A program made the position numbers and the translations under genes. DNA of 64,000 bases from Reclinomonas americana ATCC 50394 (Eukaryota): contig PS015078.1 in assembly GCA_048213135.1 (NCBI GenBank), positions 45,309 through 109,308 on the forward strand, read 5' to 3'. The notes beneath the pieces are model-generated. The model was given only the letters and a program-made list of their open reading frames with translations. It was not told the origin of the DNA and did not search any database. Within the stretch, counting starts at the first letter, position 1. Every line of letters begins with the position of its first letter. Of this stretch, positions 51,047-61,200 are shown piece by piece.

Positions 51047-53045
51047 TTAGCGTGATGATGGTGGTCGCCGCCATCTCTGCGACGTGCCCTGTTGCTGTGG
51101 CTGCTGCTCGCAATATTCGTCCAAGTGGCGAGCCAACATCAACGGCGACGGTGGTGGTGGCGACTGCTGTTGCTGTTGCTGCGATTGTGGTGGTGAATCG
51201 CGCGAGTCGAAAAAGTCCAACAAGTTCTTCCTCCTTCGCTTCTGCGGAGGTGAGCTGCTGTGCCTCCTCGGCGGTTTCGGTGACACCGACGACGGTATGG
51301 CACACGGCATCTCTTCGTCCTCCAAGGCGTGTTGCGGCGGTGTACCGGGCGACGGTTGGGTGGCAACACGCGTCGCTGGCGACGCGAAAAACTCCTCGAT
51401 CGACCTCTTGCGCGACACAGGAGTCGACACACCGTCGGCTTTCGGGGAAGAAGCCACCGACGACGACGACGACGATGCCAGTGTTGCGGCTGCTGCTGCT
51501 GCAGCGGCAGCGGCGGCGGCGATGGCACCAGAGGATGATGATGATGAGGAGGAGGAGGTGGTGGTGATCGCTGGCCTCCGCGGTGGTGCCACGACGGGCG
51601 TCCACATGGGACCGCTGCATTCGAGTTTCGTCGCCAGATCTCGTGCATCCGCACTGCCGACCGCATCCTCCTCGTCCCGCCGACGGAAGCGCACGCCGAG
51701 CTCCACGTTCCACACACGAACCACACCAGTGTCGGAGCAGGTGACAAACTGTGTGGAGGGAGGAAGTGAGAAGGGAGGACAAGACAACACTGCTGCTGCC
51801 GCGCGCACCGTCTCGGGCTGGTGCGGATGGAAATCGACAAACGACACCTCCATGTTATCCGACGGCCACCGGCCGAGATGGCGCGTCGCTCGGGCGTCGT
51901 AGAGGTGCACACTGCCGTCGCTGCTGCCGATGCCGACCAGTGCGCCGTCGCAGGAGACGCCGGTGCGGACGAAAAAGCTGTCGGTCTGGTGGTGACCGGC
52001 GTACACCGAGACGGCCGAGTCGGGGCCATTGTCGGTCCACGAGAAGCGGTACAGCCGACTGTTCATGCACGAGGCAAACAGTTGCGTGCGATCAGGCGTC
52101 ACCGACAGCGATGTGACACCGTGTCGTAACCGCTTCCCGCTGTGTTGCTCGACAAAGCAAAACGACGACAGCAACGGCAGCGTCTCCTCGTCGCCACTGC
52201 TGCTGTTGCCTGCTCTCCGCAAGTCCCACAGCTTGATGCAACAGTCACTGCCGCCACTGGAGGCCACCGTCCGCATGTCCTCATCCACGGCCACCACCGA
52301 TGTCACCGAGTGCGGCACCTCCACCGACTTCCACGGCATGTGCTTGGACGACACACGCGTCATGCGCGACGTGGTGTGCGCCCGTGACAAGCACAGCACG
52401 CGACCATGGTGCTGCCGCACCCGCACATCCCACACCATAATCGCCGAATCGCGGCCGCCACTGACCACCACGTGCGGACTCGGCTCCAGACACGCCACCG
52501 ACTTGACCGACGACGCATGCCCGCGCATTGCGCGACACACGCTCTCCCGTTCCACATCCACCGCATACACCGACTGGTCACCACACGCCACAAACACGCG
52601 ACTGCCACACGCCGACCACCGCAAATCATACATGGCATTGTGGCCGACCGGCAGCGCAGACAACTGCTGAATGCAATCTGTGCTCACAAGTCAGTCATCA
52701 GAAACCCCCCTTTTCATCCGCGCAACAAGCCTGTGCTCACCGTCTTGTGCTCTCAGCACTCGCATCACACCACTCTCTCCACACACCGCCAACACCGGCT
52801 CATGACAGGCCGCCGCTGGTGAGAACCTATGTGAGAGGATGCGTGAGAGTTGCTGCTCCTGCTCATGCACACACACGCGCGCGCGCGCACTCTCACCTAG
52901 CCACAAAGGGCACTGGTGCATCGGGCTCTGTGTCCCACGCACCGTGTGCCACCACACGCGCAGAGGCAGTCGTGCGCAACACTGGTGCTGCGTGGTGGTG
53001 CACACCGCCACCACGCATCTCTCGCTCTTGCAGTGCGCGCAACAT
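51047..53045 (-). CDS. CDT2: Cdt2/Denticleless WD40 substrate receptor of CRL4
   Basis: HNAMYDLRW..GDQS, GHASSVKSV..VVSGGRDSAIMVWDVR, HSVTSV, SSGGSDCCIKLWDLRR, HGVTSL..LFASCMNSRLY and SFFVR. Confidence 0.88.
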
Positions 53046-53394
53046 GACAGCGCGAGATGAAGAGAGAGAGTGAGTGTATGTGTATGTGTGCGCGCGCGAG
53101 TGGCCAATGTGGTGAAGGGAAATGGCAAACACTTTGCAGGTGGTTTTCCATGCAATTGCGCGGCAATTTTTTCTAATTGCCTTTTCTTCGCGGACAGCAA
53201 GCTGGCCGTGTGCAAGCCAACAAACAGCGGTAAACACAGAACGGATCAATTTATAAGGCACTGCTAACATAGGGGTTTGTTGTTGTTTTCGCTTCCATCG
53301 TTGAACTGCATGAGCGTCGGTGATTCAGTTTCTCTCTGAATCCGCGACGACTACGGCGACGACGACGGCGACGACGACAATCAAGACGAGCTCG

Positions 53395-56196
53395 TCAGTC
53401 GCGTGGTGTTTGCGCGGGTGTTACGGCTGGAGTGGGCCACCGGCCGGGGATCACCGCGGCGGAGTTGACTGAGCCGCTGACTGCAGGTCGGAACTCGACG
53501 GCTCCTGGTGAGTAGAAGCCCTTGCTGGGCGATGGTGGCATGGCACTCTTGCCGGTGGCGGTGCCGCCGCGCTTGCCCGTGTCGACCAAGAACATGACAA
53601 TGAAGACGCTCGGCACGAGCTCCAGCAGCGCCCAGAAGGCCACGTAGCAGATAATGACCACTGTCACCGAGATGGCGTTTGTCGACACCTGCGATCGAGG
53701 AAGAGAGAGCAATATGTAAGAGAGTGCACGAGTCAAGACGTTTTCCCGCCCTGCACGCCACACCTGCACGAAAATGTCGAGCAGTCCGCGAATCAGGAAC
53801 GACAGCGTGCACGTGAGGCACACGGCAAAGAGCTTGCGCATGTGACGCCGCATGGAGACGTCGCGATCCAACAACCGTGTCATGCGCACATGCAGCAGCC
53901 GTCCGTACACCACAAAGGCTACCGCCGTGGCAATGGAGAGGCCGGGGAAGAAGATCTTTTTCAGCACCAGCTGATCGAGCGGCCAGTTTTGCGCACTGGC
54001 GTCGTCACCGTCGCCCAGCAACAAACACAACACGTGCCTGTAGTGCAATGGCATGAGCACTACAAAAGGGTGCAGGGTGAGGTGCTATACGACGCAACAG
54101 GACGGCAAACGTGACAACGACGGTGACCGATGTGAACACAAAGGGATAGTTGAGCAGCGAGATGCGTGTGGGGGTCGGCGCTCGATTCGCCAGTGGCTCC
54201 CGACGCTTGGCCAGCAGCGCGGTGCTCGCATGCGGGACTGCAGCTGCTGATACTATGGAGGAGGAGGAGGACGGGGAGGAGTGAGGCACAAGTGCGTGTA
54301 GAGAGTGTGAGTGTGTGCGGAGACGTAACATGGCGACGAGTCGGTGCCGGGTGAGCCCTTGCCCGATCTGCGCCACGTGTGATTAACCACCTCGCCGCCA
54401 GAAGGCTTTTTTCCTTCAACAGGCACTCACCCCTCCTCCGGATCCACCAGCAACCGAATGGCATCGTCATCTTGCGGCGGCGAGTAGCCGGCAAAGAAAT
54501 CACGCGTCGGCGACGTCTTCTGAATGCGCAGCGGCGGCGCCGCCACAATATACCGCTCCTGATCTCGCGGCGTATGTTCCGCCGACGGCGCCGCACTCAC
54601 ATGCCCATCGGGATCCGTAAACATGCTGCTCTGCGAATCTGCGCGGGAGGAGTTGGCACGAAAACGCACTTTGTAGATAGAAAAACACGCTGCAACTGAC
54701 CAAAGCTACTGGTCCGCCCATGCGCCTGCGTCACGCCATGGAACGGACGCTGGATCGGCCGCACCGGCAACGCCGCTCGCGTGGCCTCCACCTCCAGCAA
54801 TCGCGCCAGTTGTCCCTGCATTACCCACAGTCAGCAACAAGCATCCGCGCGCGTCAAGCTCGACAGCAACGGACCCAGTAGAACACAATCAGCAAGTACG
54901 CCACTGCACAAGACGCACAACAACATGAGCACAATGACACTGCCAGTGCGCGTGGAGGGAGCAAGCCGCGAAACTGTAAAAGAGCAGAGTCACGCTCTCA
55001 CTCGAAATCTGCGGAAACGCGCGTCAGCGAAAGACCGATCACACGCAAGACAGCAAATCGTCGCACCACAAGCGACAGAGGCACAGGCATGTCCACCAGA
55101 AACTCCGCCAGGAAGATACACGCGCGACCTGTGTGTTGTCACAAAACAAGAGTCATGTCGCGCGCCATGACACACTCTCTNNNNNNNNNNNNNNNNNNNN
55201 NNNNNNNNNNNNNNNNNNNNNNNNNNNNNNNNNNNNNNNNNNNNNNNNNNNNNNNNNNNNNNNNNNNNNNNNNNNNNNNNNNNNNNNNNNNNNNNNNNNN
55301 NNNNNNNNNNNNNNNNNNNNNNNNNNNNNNNNNNNNNNNNNNNNNNNNNNNNNNNNNNNNNNNNNNNNNNNNNNNNNNNNNNNNNNNNNNNNNNNNNNNN
55401 NNNNNNNNNNNNNNNNNNNNNNNNNNNNNNNNNNNNNNNNNNNNNNNNNNNNNNNNNNNNNNNNNNNNNNNNNNNNNNNNNNNNNNNNNNNNNNNNNNNN
55501 NNNNNNNNNNNNNNNNNNNNNNNNNNNNNNNNNNNNNNNNNNNNNNNNNNNNNNNNNNNNNNNNNNNNNNNNNNNNNNNNNNNNNNNNNNNNNNNNNNNN
55601 NNNNNNNNNNNNNNNNNNNNNNNNNNNNNNNNNNNNNNNNNNNNNNNNNNNNNNNNNNNNNNNNNNNNNNNNNNNNNCGCGCGCGCGCACGCAACCAAGC
55701 AACGCCATGCTGAGGAACAAGTGAAAGAGCGAGGGCAGGCGACACCGCCATCTTCTCCTCGACGAGGCTCTCCCGCGCATCTGCAGCTCGTCTTCCACAC
55801 TGCTGCGCAACTGCAACACGCCTGCTGCAGGAGAGGCGGATGCAGACGAGGCCGAGGAGGCCGGCGAGTCAAGCGCGCTAGGCGGCGCCTGATAGAAGTG
55901 GTTGCTGTCCTCCACCAGCAGCAACACGCGACGCGAGGAGGTCACACTGGAGGGAGAGGTCTCCAGTGAGACGCGCTTTCCTGCGGGTGAGAACTTGCGA
56001 GGTGCTGCTGGTTGTGTTGNNNNNNNNNNNNNNNNNNNNTTGTGGTGGTGGTGACAGAGGAGGAGGCAGTGGAAGGGTGCTTGGCGGCGAGCCAGAAGCC
56101 GTGGAGGAGCACAAAGACCGTGCCGAGAATGTATGTCGAGAAGAGCACGATTTGGAGCACGAGGATGGCGTATAGGTAGCCGTTGTTGTCGGCCAT
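53395..56196 (-). CDS. THH1/TOM1/TOM3 (GPR137-like) 7TM protein, copy 2; spans two N gaps
   Basis: LYAILVLQIVLFSTYILG, LLNYPFVFTSVTVVVTF, AFVVYGRLL, MRKLFAVCLTCTLSFLIRG and WALLELVPSVFIVMFL. Confidence 0.75.
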
Positions 56197-56321
56197 GGTG
56201 GCTCTCTCTCTCTCACACACACACGCTCGCTCTCTCCTCTCTCTTCTTCACAGTCGAATATGCAGAGATGCGATTTCACTTCAAAGGTTGTCGGACGTGT
56301 GGATTGTGGTGTTCGTATTTC

Positions 56322-58048
56322 TCACTCTTGCTCCCAGTACGCGGCTGTATGTACGTACAAGCGTGATGAGTCAACGCGCTTGTGGAGCAGAGGAGAATGA
56401 GAGCAATTCGTTTACCTGTGTGTTTTGCGTAGAACAGCTCGGTTTCTCGTGGCCAGTACTGCTCGTGCACATCTGCATGTGAACGTGGTCAGCAAACAGC
56501 GGAAGCGCAGGGTAGAGTGCCATGCCGACGATGACGACGACGCAACAAGTAAAGTCGGCGGAACCGCCGAATCTCTTCTCCAGCTGTGCCATGTCGGCGA
56601 ACTTGGCAAAGGTCTGCGCATGCAAAATGAGCAGCAGCAGCAGCGACGATCTTCATCAGCACAGCGTCGACAACATGCCTGGTGCTTCTTCGATCCCGGC
56701 TCGCAGCTGCCCGAGGCGAACACAATCTTTCGCGACGTCACCTTGTTGATCTGCCGCGCGATCATGAGGAACACATGTCACGCAGGCACCTTGTGGACGA
56801 GCGAGGCACGCAACAAACGGCGAGATCATGGCCCAGAACATCTTGAAGTAGAACGGTGCGTCGACGACCAGCGCCAAGCCGAGGCGCTCGGGGTAGTGAT
56901 TCGACAGGATGTGCAGCACTTGCTTGCTGACCTGGTGGGTGGGTGAGGAACAAACGGTGAGCGTGACGGCGACAAAACTCCACACACACGCACACACGCA
57001 CCTTTAGTGGTGGCGCATTGCGCATGGTGAAGCCGTTGTTGTCGATGATGAGAATGATCTGCTCCACGCCGTGATGGAGCGCATCCATCTCCTCAATACA
57101 CCGCTCAATAACATACACCGTGAGGCGCACTTGTCGTTCGTGGGTGTCTGTGTTCTCACGCGCCGGTGTCATGACAATGATCGGCCGACCGAACTTATCC
57201 TTGCCTGCGACACGCGCTGTGAGCACGCGCACGACACAAGAGGGGAGGGGGAAGGCAGCGGGGACACACCAAAGCGATAGTTCTTTCCGGTGACCGACTC
57301 GGGTTCGACCTCCTCGGGGCGGATCGTCCACGGCTTGAACTCGCGACGCCACTAAATGATCGCACCACAAGCATGAGCGTCCGCAACGCAAACACCAAGA
57401 AGCGACTTACACACACCTCAATGGTCTCCTTGATCATCGGCACCGACTTTTTCAGCTTCCACTCACGCGCACGCAGATCTGCAAACACATAACAGGCATG
57501 AGTGTGAGCACGAGAGACAGAGAGAGACACTGTGCAAAGTACGCAACAGCGCAGCAGGCACATGTCATCGGCCCACGCACGCTCCCGCTCGTTCAAGTCC
57601 ATGGCATCGACCGCCTCGCGCATGCGACGCAGCTTGTCAACCTAAGAGACAGAGAGAGAGAGAGTGATTTTAGGAAGAATTCTCTTTCTCTCACACTCCG
57701 AATGCTCCACACTCGTAACTTGGTATTCATCGAGTGCGGCCAGTGGATCAAACACCGCCAGCTCGTCGCCATCGTCCACAGCAGAGCCCGACGCAATCCC
57801 CTGTCACACACACACACACACACAACAATGAGAGTGTGAACAGCAAACGCACACAGAGCGTGAAGATCGGAGATGAGAGACGCAACAAGATCGGGGCTGG
57901 AGGGCGTGTCGGGCAGGAACTCGCTGTGGAGAGAGAGGAGTGAGTGTGCATGCACATCTCCTGGTGACGCACACTCACACGTTCTCTCTTGCACAGCTTA
58001 CCCTTTGTGCAGCTCTGCCTCGGCCTCGTTCACCTCCGGGTAGTCCAT
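56322..58048 (-). CDS. CRAL-TRIO/Sec14-like lipid transfer protein (PDR16/RSC5-like)
   Basis: DDMCLLRYLRAREWK, WRREFKP, GKDKFGRPII, LSNHYPERLGLALVVDAPFYFKMFW..ISPFINKVTSRKIVF and LEKRFGG. Confidence 0.93.
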
Positions 58049-58265
58049 GTCGCTGCTGCTGCTGCCGGCCTCGTCGCTCATTCTTTGCGCTCGTCGCCGG
58101 AGTTTATCACAAAAATACCTCGTGAGAACTTTTCGAAGCAAAAACCGCGCTTTGCAAGTCCGCGTAACACACGTGGAGGGGTGTTTCAGTCGCTCTCTTC
58201 ACAACCCCGCTGCATCATTGACAACCAGGTGCAGCAGTAGCTGAAACAAAAAACAGGACTTCACT

Positions 58266-61200
58266 TCAAACGACTCCGATTACAAAGCTCAGGAGATCGG
58301 CAAAGACGGCGGGCACAAAACACGGACCCAGCAACCACAGAAAGACGAGCTTGACGGGCTCGTTGATGAATACGTCGCCTAGCACGCTGCCAGCGGAGGC
58401 ACGCAGCAGCGGCAGTTCGCCCATGGAGGCGAGGAGAACACCGGCCGTCACGAGCGTCATGTAGGTCAGGAAGAGGCCGAGCGCCCAGATGAGCGTGTAG
58501 GCCACGTACACCTGTGCGATACATGCACGTGAGGGTTGGGGCGACACACTTTTGTGAGACGGAGAAAGGGGCATGCTCGCTGACCGTGACATACGGCAAC
58601 TGGCGCTTTCGTAATCTCTGCCACAGTCCTTCTGCGGGTGGGGCAAAGTTGAGCCCCTCACATGCACTTTCTATGAACACGTCGGCGCAACTCTTCTCTT
58701 TCACGACAGTCGTGGCGGCTGCGGCATTTGCCACCGACGACGACGGCACCACCTTGAGGTTGTTATCGTGACGCACCAGCAGCTGACGGTACGTGTGTAC
58801 AGAGTCGTACGTCACCAGTCGGTGCACGGTGCGGAACTGATTGTCGTGTGTGTATATCTCCAGCGGATGGCCGGCGGGTTCTCCAAACGCACCTGGCGTA
58901 CTCAAACGCCGTCGCTGAGCGTCGCAGCGTCGTCGGTGAGGGACGCGACGCGATGATCTGACGGCACATGGCTCACAAACCTCGTTCTCTTCCGCCACCT
59001 CAGCCTGGCGCACGGAACTCACAGCAATGCCGGCAGCCGACGCCTCAAATGACAAGTCACACAGCTCGATCCGCCGTACCGCTTCTCCCGCCGTCGCTCC
59101 AGTGGCCTAGAAGCAACTGTGGCGTGAGAAGAGCGAGAGAACACTCTCTAACGAAAGACAAGTGTGCGCACCGTCGTGCGGCCATCGGTCGACACCTGAA
59201 TCGAGACGGCTGGCGGCAGCTCACGCAACATTCCATCAACTGCCGCATCGTCGAGGTCCGACTGCACGCACGTGGAGCATGATTCGCCGCGAAGAGTGAC
59301 ACGAGAGAGACAGCACTCCAGCTTGCACGGACGGACTCACCTCTCTGCTGTCGTGCCACCGCCGAAGCACCGCCAGTTTCTGCTCGCCCATATCGGTGAA
59401 GCGAAGTGCACAAACGCACTGTGGTGCGCAACAAGGATCAATCAACGAGCACTCTCTTGGCAATCACTTTTTTGAGTACAACACTCACCGCCGTGCTCTG
59501 GCGCATTGAACGAATCTGGAGCGTCCCCGTCCGCGTGCGCGCGCTGGCCGGGATGGTGAATGGTTTGTACATGCCAGGCCGCAAGACGATGACAGCCGGT
59601 ATCACGTCACGGCTCAGCACCGCCTCCAGACTGGGCAGCTGCGAATGCCGACCCCACAAATCACCAGCGTCGGCATGCACCGTGACGGCGTCGGGATCGT
59701 CCACAGCATCCTCATCGTACACAGAATTCTCCGCTCGGTCACCACTGATGCTGCTGTCCGACGCAGCCGTGTGCTCATCGACATCATGCACGATGAAACT
59801 CTCTGACGCGACTGCATCGCCTCATACCAACACGCGTCAGCACGCACGTGACAAGCGAAGCTCGCTGCTGTTCAACCTACGTACCACGACTTGCTGTTGG
59901 TTTGCGTGCCACACTCGGACCGTCTGCAACGAATCTCTCGACGCTGTCGGCGCCTCGTGCGATACTCCCCACCAAGCGAGACGTTAGCAGATTGTGGTCC
60001 ACCATCTGCGGAGAAGAGGGTTAATCACAGTCATCACAAGCAAGCATGCACGGTCGACGGGGCGTCCGTAGTGAGCACTCACACTCTGCATCGACTCGAC
60101 GCCAACGACAGGTCGCACCGTGCTGAAGCGACGGAACTGGGAGGAGAGATGCAATCAGTGAGGCTGCACCTCATCAAGCGCCGTCACTCATCACTCGTGC
60201 ACACACCGTAAACATGGTGGGCGACGGCAATGACACCTCACTGCCCGACAAACTGGCGAGACTCGATCGCCGAGCACCGATCACTACTACAGAGCCGCTG
60301 GATGGAGATCGCTGGATGCGATTCAGCTTGGCAAGCCGACTCGGCGAGTGCGATGACTCGCTGCCAAGAGCCTCGAGTGAAGTGAACTTGGCGGTGGGCG
60401 ACTGCACACACATCCGCGTCGTGAGCGACTGAGAGAGAGTGCACGTAGATCGAGATTCACAGCGATCCACCACGTACCGCCGTAGATTCCGAAGCAGGCG
60501 AGTTGGCGGTCCATTGCTCGTGCCTTTTGGTGCCGTCTGCAGCGTGGTACTCCAAGTCACTGTCCACGGGGACAATTCCTGCCGCAATAATGGGAATGCA
60601 GAATGAGCACACATCATCCACAAGCAAACAGCTCACTGAATGCACGATCATACCCTTGGGGGCTCGCAATTGTCGCTGACGACGACGACTCTGGATCTCA
60701 CTCAGCGACATCAAGGATTCGACGTTGGATCGAGGGGATAGGGGCTCCTCAGAGCGACGTGATCCCTCCGTCGGCGTAGAAGGTGCACGGCCGAGACGGA
60801 GTGCGTTGGCGAGCTGCTGTCGCAAGTTGGTCTCGCCGCGTTCGAACCAGGTGTCGTTCATCGGTAGACGTGGGGTGAATCGGAAGGCAAAGCCGGCGAA
60901 TAAGCATACGGGGACCATGGTGGCTCCTGCGTTCGGTGTTGTAGGTGGAAGCACGTAACACATAACGATGAATTCGCGAACCAATGATAAGGCCGATGAC
61001 GAGGTCGCGGAACAAGGTCGACAGGTCAGAGACATCTCGTTGTGCGGCCAGGACGGTATTGAAGTACAAGGCGCACAAGGTGGCAAGCCACAGCACCTGT
61101 GTGCTCGCACGGTGAGTATTCCTACTCGTTGTGACTTGTATGCTGCATGGCAAGACACGCAACTGTGAGTTTCTGCGTGCGCCGAAAGTTGTCCAACGGT

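Noticed and set aside
17330-58048. Functional cluster of trafficking genes (Sec6, Sec15, TBC-TLDc, Sec14-like)
   Set aside because: They are interspersed with unrelated genes over 40 kb with no shared regulatory motif seen, so chance is a sufficient explanation.
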